Shown here one piece after another: positions 41,840 through 52,933 of a stretch of 64,000 nucleotides of DNA. Within the stretch, counting starts at the first letter, position 1. Every line of letters begins with the position of its first letter. Made by a program: the position numbers and the translations under genes. The notes beneath the pieces were generated by a model. It saw nothing but the letters and a program-made list of their open reading frames with translations. It did no database searches and was not told the origin of the DNA. The stretch is from Gordius albopunctatus (lineage: Eukaryota): contig OZ193910.1 of the NCBI GenBank assembly GCA_964276515.1, positions 1,488,001 to 1,552,000 of the forward strand, given 5' to 3'.

Positions 41840-42884
41840 ATTATTTGGATCTCTATCACAAAATAATATAGTAAAATTCGAAGTTTACTTAGTCATAGTC
41901 ATTTAAAAGAATTGTAGAGATTTAGCGGATTGTATACAAATAGGCAAGATGGTACTTAAATATTCTAATTATTTGAAGTCGTCAAAATAATTATATGTCC
42001 TGCCCTTAGACTAGATAGACTGCTCATCAACGCACAAAATGTGTACCATTTTTGCACCAATTTGATGTAAAAATTTTAAAGTGGTGATCATATAGAAATA
42101 AGTAATTTCCTACAGCGATTCGAGCCAGGTTAAGTTTAATAGTGATGCAGGAGACGAGACGAGACGAGAATTTGAAAAATTGAGTCGAGATCGAGAGATT
42201 TTATCAGCGAGATTTCTGCTTTAATTTTCTGTTTTTTACTTTTGAGTCTTAATTTAGCTAATTAAAATTTTTATTTTATGAGATTTACATTTAGGATATT
42301 AAATAGATATTAATTCAATTTGACCATAATAAGAATTACTATAGTCTTTACCCTATTAAAGTTAATAAGGTATTAATACCCCAAAAAAAATTCAGCCAAC
42401 TTAGCTGCTTGAGAAAATGTAAGCATCTGACAGGTATTATATATCAAACACTAGCTGTGCACGGCCAAGCATTGCTTTGGCTTAGTACTTATTTGGCTAA
42501 ATAATTGGTACCTATCAATAGAAAATATATGAAAGAATTTGGGTCAGCTGAAAGAGAGTTTGTGATATGAAAAAATTTATTTTTATATTATGCAAATAAA
42601 TATTAGCTTAATAAAAAAGTCATATTTATTATTAATCAAATAGATTTATAACAGTTTTAAATATTATTAGGTAGCGATGTTTAGCAATAACATGCATAGT
42701 TGAGTGACATATACAAATGTCAATTATAATGTTTGACAATGATGATAATGTTTGACAATTCAGAGATAAATTTTAGTAATGCGTGTATAGTTAGTTGTGT
42801 ATCGTCATAGCCTAAAATCTACAGTAATAAAATGAAGAGATAGTAGAAAAACAACTTAAAATTTGGTTTAATGAAGTCGTTTAC

Positions 42885-43510
42885 AATCTATCAAACCCCT
42901 GAGTAAACACTCAAAAGTGTTGGAATGGCCCCCTGTCCGAGTGCCTCTTAAAGTCTCTTATTAATGGCGCTTCGGCAGAGGAACTTCCAGCGCTTAGGAG
43001 CTTAGCTCCACGCTCAGGTCACGAATGACCCGAAGCTTTCCCAAGTCGTAACCTCGGTCTACTATTATCGAACAACGATATCCGAAGGCTAAGATTAGTA
43101 CAAAATAGTTGCTGAAAAGATTTCTTAACTTTGCAATAATTCCCTAAAATCGAATGGCCATCATGGTCTACACTGTAATAGCAACAAAGCCCGGTATCTT
43201 TGACATACCGCGGTTAACAGACTTATAATATCCCCTCTATTCTTGAACTCACAGGCCTCTGTGAAGATAGCAAACAACCCGTTGGCCAATCTATAGGCGC
43301 TTGGGAAAAAGGACTAATTTTAGCATGGGACTATAGATGTACTGACGTATTCGCCCCATCTTATCACAACAAATATCCCCTCTCCACTCGGAAATTTTCA
43401 ATTACTCTGAAATTAACAATACTATAATTTTTAGTTCCATTGCGAGAACCACCCTAACAACCTTTGGCCTCCAAGCCTTACAAATTAAGAAAATAGGGAA
43501 AGTTGTAATA
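42885..43510 (+). pseudogene. Degenerate C-terminal fragment of a second, diverged CRE-clade retrotransposon
   Basis: Broken translation QKCW...LRSLAPRSGHE*PEAFPS...GHHGLHC...NIPSILE...WEKGLILAWDYRCTDVFAPSY...TFG, collinear with the REL region of the downstream ORF. Confidence 0.75.
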
Positions 43511-46010
43511 TAAAAAAATCAGTTTTAAAGTTCGACAGTCAAAACAGCCCTCAAGCATATAACATTGAGAGAAAGGAATCCCACATATTAACTCCCAAAC
43601 AAAAAGCGAATATGATCTCTAGAAAAATCCACGCTTTCAACATAAAAGGTGCAATCAGATTTCTTGAAGAAGACAATTCATTTCTGAGTCCTTCACAAAA
43701 ATCATACGAAGAAATGGTTCTCAAACACCCCCAGAGTCTATCGTCTACTTACCTATCGCCCTCGCAACCTTCAGATATTGCTTTTAAGTCACCAGAAATT
43801 CGAGATGCCATCTTATCCTTTCCCATGGATTCTGCAGGTGGTCTCGACGGCATAAAACCAATTTTTTTAAAAGATCTTATAACAATTGATAATAATAACT
43901 CCTCCATCTTATTAGACTTACTCACCAAATTTTGTAAACTTTTAGTCAATGGGGGTATACCTAAAGAAATAACGCCCATAGTCTTTGGAGCTAAGCTTTT
44001 AGCTATTAGGAAGGCCGACAATTCAGCCAGGTCTATCGCTATCGGCGGTGTTTTTCGAAGAATTATTTCTAAATTAATTTGCTCGGCGATCAAACCAATA
44101 TTGACCCCAACTTTAATTCCGCATCAACTAGGCTTTGGGGTCAAAGGAGGGTGCGAGATAGCTACCCATGCCGCACGCTTAGCCCTGGAACACCTCCCAC
44201 CGGGTGACTCCTTTATAAAACTGGATTTTAAAAATGCTTTCAACGGCATTCGCCGCACTGCTTTCATTAATGAATTTATCAAACTGTTTCCCCACTACAC
44301 CAACTACATCATTTTAAGTTATGGATGCCCTTCGATTTTGAAATTTGGAGAATTCTTCATCGAATCCGCAGAAGGGATCCAACAAGGCGATCCTCTAGGC
44401 CCCCCTTTATTCTGCTTGGCCATAAATCACCTAATTAACGAAATTAACAAACACTGTAAACTTACTCTTAATGTCTGGTATCTTGATGACGCCACTCTTG
44501 TTGGGACCCCTGACAACCTAGCCCAAGCACTAGATGTAATACATGCTTTTTTCCCCACTCTAAACTTATGTTTAAACGCCTCTAAAAGTGAAATATATTC
44601 TGACTTAGATAATATTCACCCAAAGTTTTTTGACTTTGCCAAAATTAAAAAAGACAATTTGTATGTTTTAGGCGCACCTATCGTGGGACCCCAGTGCCTT
44701 AAAAAATTTTTAGACAAAAATCTCTCTTCTTTAAAAACCAAATTAGACGTTTTTAAATCTATGCCATCTCATCATTCTTTTTATATTATAAAAAATTATT
44801 ACAACATTAGCAAAATTTTATTCTGCTTCCGCTCTACGCAAGCTTTTTTATTTAAAGAAGTTTTACACGACTATGAAAACTTTTTTAAATCCACTCTTGA
44901 ATCAATTTTAAATATTTCCTTTAACACCAATACTTGGCTTCAAGCCACACTTCCCACAAAATCCGGTGGCCTTGGTATTCGCTCCCCATCTGCGATTTCC
45001 CTAGCCGCCTTTATTTCTTCCTCTCTATCTTTTAAACATCATATCAACGACCTTGTCCCATTCCCACTTAATCCCTCCATAAATCAAGCCCTATCCTTAT
45101 GGAATGAGAACGTCAATGTAGGAGCTAATATACCACAATCATACGCTCAAAAAGATTTGGATGCAAGCTTGGTGTCGCGGTCCGTTGCTTACCTTCTCTC
45201 GACATGCGACGCCAAACAGCATTGCAACCTTAGGTCATTGGCTTTCGACCAATCCGGACATGAATGGCTTGAAGCTTACCCTAGTAAGTTTTCGGGTATG
45301 TTTTTGGAGAATCCTACCCTCTCCTACAATATAGCCCTCCGCTTGGGCTGTAAATACACGTCCTCATACCTCTGCCGGCTTTGTAATTCACTTGTAGATG
45401 AGGAATCACGTCACCCTCTGCATTGTAAATTTAACAAAAGCCGGTATGGTAGGCACCAAAGAATAAATACACTACTTCAAGCTGCCCTCAAACGGGCAAA
45501 AGTCCCTTCGATCCTTGAACCTTCAGATCCCTCTCTCGAAGGGCGGATGCGCCCGGACGGTTCGTCCCTTATCCCATGGGACAAAGGCCTTTTCTTAAAA
45601 TGGGACTACACCTGTATAGACCTTTTTGCCCCCTCCAACGATACTCACGACCGGAAATCCTTAAAATATTCAGTTTTATCCCAAACCTCGATTTTTATTC
45701 CTATCGTCTCATCGTGCTCAGGGACATTTGGGAAGAGCGCTTTAATTTTTTTTAAAGAATTCAATAAACGCTCGCCCCCTTGTAAAATATCGAATAGTTT
45801 TTTACTACGACAATCAATTGCCATCGCGATCGCTAAATCTAATTTTCATTCTTTGATGGATTCAATGCCCATTCTCAAAGATGAAGAAACGGATATTGAG
45901 TTTTAATCATTTTTTTATATAAATGTTTTCGTTCTTGTATCTTTTTATTAATTCCACTCAATATTTAATACTTTTTATTTAATAAAAAAAAAATTAAAAA
46001 AAAAAAAAAA
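43500..46010 (+). mobile_element. CRE-clade non-LTR retrotransposon, 5'-truncated, with poly(A) tail
   Basis: Single RT+REL ORF, T-rich 3' UTR, AATAAA and an A-tract at ~45984-46010. Confidence 0.9.
43612..45906 (+). CDS. Reverse transcriptase with C-terminal CCHC knuckle and restriction-like (REL) endonuclease, CRE clade
   Basis: SAGGLDG, RSIAIG, HQLGFGVKGGCE, KLDFKNAFN, GIQQGDPLGP, WYLDD, LPTKSGGLG, CRLC...HPLHC, RPDG...WDYT...KSLKY. The frame stays open ~120 nt upstream of the ATG, so the true N-terminus is probably lost. Confidence 0.9.
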   Translation: MISRKIHAFNIKGAIRFLEEDNSFLSPSQKSYEEMVLKHPQSLSSTYLSPSQPSDIAFKSPEIRDAILSFPMDSAGGLDGIKPIFLKDLITIDNNNSSILLDLLTKFCKLLVNGGIPKEITPIVFGAKLLAIRKADNSARSIAIGGVFRRIISKLICSAIKPILTPTLIPHQLGFGVKGGCEIATHAARLALEHLPPGDSFIKLDFKNAFNGIRRTAFINEFIKLFPHYTNYIILSYGCPSILKFGEFFIESAEGIQQGDPLGPPLFCLAINHLINEINKHCKLTLNVWYLDDATLVGTPDNLAQALDVIHAFFPTLNLCLNASKSEIYSDLDNIHPKFFDFAKIKKDNLYVLGAPIVGPQCLKKFLDKNLSSLKTKLDVFKSMPSHHSFYIIKNYYNISKILFCFRSTQAFLFKEVLHDYENFFKSTLESILNISFNTNTWLQATLPTKSGGLGIRSPSAISLAAFISSSLSFKHHINDLVPFPLNPSINQALSLWNENVNVGANIPQSYAQKDLDASLVSRSVAYLLSTCDAKQHCNLRSLAFDQSGHEWLEAYPSKFSGMFLENPTLSYNIALRLGCKYTSSYLCRLCNSLVDEESRHPLHCKFNKSRYGRHQRINTLLQAALKRAKVPSILEPSDPSLEGRMRPDGSSLIPWDKGLFLKWDYTCIDLFAPSNDTHDRKSLKYSVLSQTSIFIPIVSSCSGTFGKSALIFFKEFNKRSPPCKISNSFLLRQSIAIAIAKSNFHSLMDSMPILKDEETDIEF

Positions 46011-46476
46011 CTTCGTAAAAATAGCAAAAAGCATGAAACGTGGGAATGTTTGTGAAAGCGCGCGTTATATTTATATAAGTATATGGTGATGTATAACGGT
46101 ATCTAGAATATTTATTTGTTACAAATTTATATATTGTAAAAAAAACGGGCGTAGTTGAGTAAAAAATTGAGACAAATAAGATAAAGCAATAGTGGAAAAA
46201 AGTTTAAGGTAATTGGTAGCACCATAACGATAAATAAGTACAAAAAACGTAGTATGAACAATCCGCTAGATGACGCCAACAAAATTAAAAAAAATGGTTC
46301 CCGCTGTCGCAGACTATAAACCTTCTACAATGCTAAGGCAATAATCTGGCCAAATTTGGTGGCAATCGGTTGAGAACTTCAAAAGTTATTAGCGCACAAA
46401 AAAACGGTACTTAGATTTTTATATATATAGATAATCTCTAAAAATGATTAAATAATTGTTTATAATATATATTACA

Positions 46477-49400
46477 CTAGCTGTGCCCGGCCAAGCGTTG
46501 CTTTGGCTCAGTCCTTAAGTGGTTAAATAAGTATAACCTATTAATAAGACTTATCTAAAATGGGGTCATGTATGAAATAATGTGAAAGGTCCGAATGCTA
46601 ATGCAAATAAATATCCATAATATTTATTTAAGAGCGATATAAAATATTTATTAATAATTCATAAGAGTATATAAGCATTAAAATATAAAAAGCTTATAAT
46701 AATACATGGGTAATAAAGAGCTGTATGAAGATTTTGGCTGAAAGTATAATGTAAAAAATGATGTAAATAGTAAAATAAAACCTGCAAGGGAAAGTTGATG
46801 GATAAAGGGTAAATCAAAGATAGGTCTGTCTTATGAAGAATAAGGTAATACACGTACAGTATTATAGCTTCTTCTGAATGTCTCGTGCTAAAAGAAATAT
46901 AAAAGTATAGAATTTAAAAGGTGATTATACGCGAGTAAAATCAATGGGCTTCAATGGTAATTGCTAAAAGTTATAAGTGGATAAATATAAATAATACTAA
47001 CTCTAATTATTCATGCAGAAAAGTAGTGAGGCGTTAAAAGAGGGTTGTAGGTTTGGGTAAGAGATGCCTCGCAGCTTAACTTCGTCCTTAGAAAGGAAGA
47101 AATTGCTATAATGCTCGGGGATAGACAATATTTTTGGTCATGTTATTATCTGTGTAGATATGCAAATTTTGTGGAATGCCGACGCGCGGTCCATGTGAAA
47201 AACAATCTGTTTCTAAATCTATACCACAAATTTCTAGAGACTGGCCTTGAGCTTTGTTAATGGTAATAGCAAATGCGAGTTTAAAAGGAAATTGCAATCT
47301 TTTGAATTCAAAGGGTAAATCTGTTGGAATCAAAGGGATCCGTGGTATGAGGACATCTTCTCCAGTGAAAGGTCCAGTCAAAATCGTTGCCTCAACAACG
47401 TTGCACATTAAGCGTTTAATAGCAAGACGTGTGCCGTTGCAAAGTTTTGGCTGATTAACATTGAGCAACATCATAATCGGCACGCCAATTTTCAAATGCA
47501 AAACGTGTGGTGGTATGCCTGGGAGATCTAGCGAATTTAAAAACTCGAGCGGATAATTAACAGCGTCATCAGTAGTAACAACAGTGTCAACCGATTTGTA
47601 GGTAACTGGAGTGCCGTCAATTGTAGACAGAATGAGATTGTTAAGTTCTTGGACGTCTTTATTCTTTGGGGCAAGAATAGCCCGTTGACGGAGCCATATT
47701 CGATCCTGATAATGGGTGTTAATATTTGGAAAAACTTTTTCTACCAAAGCTGTTTTGGACGATACAAAATGGCAGAATTTGGTAGGAAATGAAATCCGTC
47801 CTGAGTTTATATCGACGGGCACGGTTCCGTTTCCAATTTCTAGCTATTGATGGGAGAATAACTCACATGCTTGTTCATTTTGTAACATTACACGCATATT
47901 AGTAGTTAAATTTAAGGTTTTGACATAATGCCACAAAATAGAATATTTTAGGCAAGCATTGATCTGATCAGCAGGGGTTGATCGAGGAAGCACTGGTAAG
48001 GTTTGCCTGAAATCTCCTGCAAGCAATAAAAATGCGCCACCAAATGTTCTGGAATCTGGACGCAAATCTTGCAAAGAACGATCTAGAGTTTCGAGCGATT
48101 TTTTATGGGCCATTGGGCATTCATCCCAAACGATAAGTTTGCACCTTTCTAGTACTTTACCCATTCCAGATGCTCGGGAAGTGTTGCACATGGTAGTTTC
48201 GCTATAATGAATGTTTAAAGACAATTTTAATGCTGAATGAGCAGTTTTACCACCAGGCAACAATGTCGCAGCTATTCCGGAAGATGCAAGAGCCATGGCT
48301 ATTTCATTTTTAGATCGAACAGTTGCAAGAAGTAAAGTCAGTAAAAATGTTTTACCAGTTCCGCCAGGAGCATCTAAAAAAAAATATCTCCAGAACCTTT
48401 ATTAACAGCTAATAATATTGTATCATAAATAGCTTTTTGTTGGAGTGTTAGCCTTGAAACATTAGAGCTCACATAAAACAAAAGATCTGCCTGGTTATAA
48501 TTAAGTTCACGGTAGAATTCTGCATGTAATGGAGCGGCAGAAGAGCGATTAGGCGCAGGCATCCCCAATTGTATTAAAACTTTATTCCCGATTTGTAAGC
48601 ATAAATCTTCAAGAATAATTAAAATTTGATTATAATGTGACATTTGAGGCATGTTAATGATAGGATGTGAAGTACTATTCCTATGAATAATATCTTCTGC
48701 CATGTGTGCTTGATATTTATCCCATAAAGATTTAGGATTTGACGGAGAGCATGAAGTCAATATAATCGCAAATAATGCACGGATTTGTTTTGGATTTGTA
48801 GTATGACACGCCTCACTGATGCATTCATCCCAATGATTATCGTGTTCTAATAGATGCATAGCTTGGCATGCACTGCGGAAAGTGGGATGTACAACACCAT
48901 CGACCACTTTTAATTCTTGGAAACATTTAGGACCACGTACATTAATTAAAAGCATGCGAAGAAAGAAACATTCATCTTGATTGGGATGGATAGTGTATAG
49001 TCGGCCTATCGCATCATCTTTGAATATTTCAGGGTGTCCATCGACACACTTTCCCCGTTTGCGACGGCAAAACGATCTGCTACGCGAATTCCATGTGTAG
49101 TAGGTAGGTACCTCTGAATAGAGCAGCGTCTGCGCAAAAACATCATGTTGGCATAGCTTGAAGAAAGCTGTGAGCGTTGTGTCGGGTGGGGGGGGGGGGG
49201 TTAAGGCGATTTGTTGGACATTAGCATTTGTAAAATAAACTCGCTGCCCATTTTCTAGATGCACGGCTAAGTGAACCACAGCAGGAATACGGTCATGTAT
49301 GGGGAGGGATAGAATACGCCACACAGCTTCATTACTGCTAATGTATCTTTCAGCCTGATACTGTGCGATTTCATCGGTGTGAAGGCTCCCTAATTGGGCT

Positions 49401-50930
49401 ATGCTATCTGGTTGAACAGTGAAAACTGCCATATCACTGCCTTTGTTTACATATTTACAAATATATTTGATGGATTTAACGGAGTTACAATACTCAACGT
49501 TGATGTGAGCTTTGTATAATTTTAAGAGCAGAGGACTATATGGAACAACCCATCGGTTGTCCACCTCGACCGTTGCATTGCGTATAGGGATGGTTGGTAC
49601 GTTACCACCATCTTCTATTGATCTTTTTTTGTACAAAGGATATCCATCGTTGCCGGTAATTGTATTGCATACTAAGCTTCGAGGATATCGCTTTGAGCAT
49701 TTGCCGTCTATCATGCATGGCGATCTTGGATTAAGTGTTCCACAAGGGCCGTGTATCATATTTTTTGTAACAATTTGGTACAAATCGTTATCTAAGTTGG
49801 GGTCGGGAATTTCAGCAGATATTATAGCGTCGATTTCGTTTGACGTAATCTTGCTATATAGCCATATGAGTATATGGGCATGAGGCAAACCTCTCTTTTG
49901 CCATTCGACTGAATACATCCAGCAACGCACAGAGCCAAATACCTCATGCTTAACAATGAGATTAATCATTGATTTAATTTTTTGCCGGAAAACACGGGCG
50001 GTAATGTCATGCCTATCGAGAGGTAATTGACCAGGAAACAAAAGGTCTTTTATGTCGTTCCACGCTGGGTTACATGTAAAAGTTATAAATAGGTCCGGAC
50101 GACCGTATTTACGAACATACGCAATTGAATCTTGAGCGTATTCATGCATATGGCGTGGACTTCCTGTCTAAGATGAAGGCAAAATTGTTAATCTATCAAC
50201 GTTAATGGTATTAGAGTCGTTACGAAGAGCATCTCGCAAATGTATATATTCTTCTGAGCGAAGTTTAGTCTGATTTAAGCGTATGTATAGCAAACGCTCT
50301 GATTCAATTTTGCCATACATATCCACGATGTATTGGTGGAATAATTGCCGGCATTTTAAAATAAAATTGTCCCCGTCCGCTCGAATCATTATTCTGTATG
50401 AATAATAGTTCATAGCGCTGCATTTTGAGTTCGGAGATTCGCCATTAATTGGATTTATCATCTTAACGTTAAAGTGATATCCGTCAGCACCATCCCAAAA
50501 TATAATTGGATATTGAAGGGGGTCATAGCAGCGATGAGTTTCAGCAACTTGTGTCAAAGCATTGTTTCTCCTATGAAGCACAATGTCTCTAGGTTGAAAT
50601 TGATCCCCAACTATAACAATGGCGACTTCATGTATAGTTGGGGCATTAAATCTTCTCCCATGTTCTCCCGGAGGAGTTTTGTCAGCATGAATGACTATTT
50701 TGTGGGTATCTGAAGGCATTATGTCCAGTGTAGTTTTGAATAAACGCACTAAATTATTATTATTAGCATGAAGCAGCAACTGAAGCTGTGAAAGGATGGA
50801 TCTTTTTAAACCTCTAAAAATGTCGAGACGTGCACCTAATTCTATCTCATCATCTCCGATAAAATATAGTTGTAGGAACTTATTTTGCCCTTCTGGCAAT
50901 GCAAGGAGGCAGCCGGTGTAGGGTTATAAG
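46477..50930 (-). mobile_element. Helitron of autonomous type (Rep + PIF1 helicase), 5' end lost
   Basis: 3' hairpin + CTAG|T at 46477; Rep motifs PDLFITFTCNP, VEWQKRGLPHAH, KYICKY; helicase APGGTGKT, LIVWDE, GDFRQ, QFP, INKAQGQS. Confidence 0.95.
47106..50899 (-). pseudogene. Helitron RepHel, disrupted
   Basis: In-frame stops at 50168 and 47844, a frameshift in an A run at ~48374-48385, and an apparent deletion in helicase motif VI (FSHG-PRV lacks the usual QLYVA). Confidence 0.88.
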
Positions 50931-52103
50931 ATTCACATGTTATCAGATTCATGTGAAAAATCATCAGGTATTGTTTATTGGATTTTAACAAAATATAAAT
51001 TTTCAAAGTTTTCATCTAAAAGACATGTTCGCTTGTTTCCAAATAAAATTTTGCCCAAGCTAAATAATCTTTCCACAGGGGCACTTGATGGTAATGGCGT
51101 ATTATATTTAATAAATAGTTTTTTTAATGGGGAAAACTGTCTAAAAGACTTAAATTCCGGTTATTAGAAAGCAAAAAACGTTCAATTGATTCATTCTTTT
51201 CATGATTTTTTAATTCAAAAAAATCCATTTCTGATAAACTAGGTCCAGTCTGTTGAGATTTAGGAACAAACAAATTGATATCCTCTAAAATATCTGTTAG
51301 AAAGTCCTCATTATCTACCAATGAAAATGGATGATTTCCATTAATTACAAATTTAACGATAGCATCATTAATTATCTGTTTAGTAAGTGATGATGATGAA
51401 GATTTAATAACTGTTAGCTGTTTTAATTTATCATTCTCACTACCATTAAACATGGATTTGACTTTTTGTTGCTTTAACTTTATATATTGTTGATTATGCA
51501 ATCTCTCATATATAATTTATAATAAATATATAAATTATGATAGGATTTATAATTAAATTAACAATCAATTAAAATCTTAGTTACTCTGACCAGAGTTGTA
51601 ATAATTATATAAGTATACCTATTAGCATTTATAAAAAATAAATATTAAACTTAAATTATTGACCTTGAGGTGACGCCAAATATTTGCGATAGAAGATATA
51701 GAAGTTGATATATGTTTTATTTTTGGACAGCATAATTTACATCCAAGAGTTATTGATTTTGCCTCCTTTTGAATAAGCGTAAAAATATTTTCAAATAAAG
51801 GCCAGGGTATATTTTCAGGTTTAATTATGGTAATGTCACTCTCACTCATATCTTAAATCAAAAGATTATATATTTAATATTTATAAACTTACTATTACTA
51901 GGAATATGATTCGAAAAATTTATTTAACAAACACTACCGTGAATGAAATACTAAATAATATTTAAATTATAAATTAATTTAAAATTTTTTAATGCAAATT
52001 GAAATTGGCAAAAGGAACTTAAAAGGAACTTGTAGGTAGTTCCTTTTGCGATAAATTAAGAAAGAAAGGAACTAGTTCAAGTTCCAGTTCCCCATCAGCT
52101 CTA
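50930..52103 (-). mobile_element. Internally deleted hAT transposon (BED finger, hAT core fragment, dimerisation domain); one TIR remains
   Basis: CKLC...NIWRHLK (51622-51849), [35 protein letters not shown]; terminus CAGCTCTA at 52103; the other end is fused to the Helitron. Confidence 0.85.
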
Positions 52104-52104
52104 T

Positions 52105-52262
52105 ATATCATTCATATTTAAATTAAGAACTTTGCCTCCCCCCTATTTTTACCCTCTTTCACCCGGGGGGTCCTTATTTTATACCCTCTATCTCACCGAT
52201 GAGAAAGAGGGTATAAAATAAGGGGGAGGGGAGGCAAAATTCTTAATTTAATTATGACATAT
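52105..52262. repeat. Nested inverted repeat / fold-back element
   Basis: Inner stem ccttattttataccctct(a)tctca-ccga-tgaga(a)agagggtataaaataagg (52172-52223); outer arms ttaaattaagaactttgcctcccc / ggggaggcaaaattcttaatttaa. Confidence 0.8.
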
Positions 52263-52933
52263 AATATGATCACAATTGTAATTATAGCAAATAGCAATTA
52301 AATATCCTATCTACTCGAGATTACTGCTCGAGCTATCTGCTCAATGCTTTAACAGATTTATAGGATTACCTGATTAGAATATTGGTACCTTTATGATTTA
52401 GATATCACTCTATCCACACCCCTCATATAATTTGAATACACGACAGGCATTAAAGTTTAGATATTTGAATACCTTACGATTTAGCAATGTTATTCCTATT
52501 AACCTCTATACAATTATAAATAAACTAATTCTCAGCGATATATAAATATTCTATCTTTTGGTTAAAATAAAATAAAGTAGAAACTATAAATTCCTACAGA
52601 TTTTGCTGCTTCGGCTAACCTTTCGAGCATTTTTACACGCTACTTTTAAAACTATTGCACCGAACAGCGAGCACTCAATGTGCCAAACTAGCATACAGCT
52701 CATGTGCGTGCTCGCGTTTATAGTTGAAGCTACTTAGCAATTTAACATCACTAGGTCATACCATCAAGAGCTAAATTAAGCTTAGATGCGATAATTAATT
52801 TTTATGAGTTAGCATCAAATTCAATTAATTAGCAAGTTTATTAATAGATTTTAAAGTCAAAATACAATATTAACATTTATATAAGGATGCAAAAAATGAT
52901 TGTTTGTTGGCGTAAACGATATACATTAGTTAC

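Larger units (their letters stand above)
42451..46431 (-). mobile_element. Non-autonomous Helitron (~3.98 kb) carrying CRE retrotransposon inserts
   Basis: On the - strand: 5' A|TCTATATATATAAAAATC at 46431 and 3' ...ccaaagcaatgcttggccgtgcacagCTAG|T at 42451. This is a canonical TC...CTAG element in an AT target, with a 3' end nearly identical to that at 46477. Confidence 0.82.

Noticed and set aside
43749..51167. Antisense ORFs (43749-44093, 47254-47454, 49512-49883, 50474-50713, 50937-51167)
   Set aside because: Shadow frames opposite transposon coding sequence.
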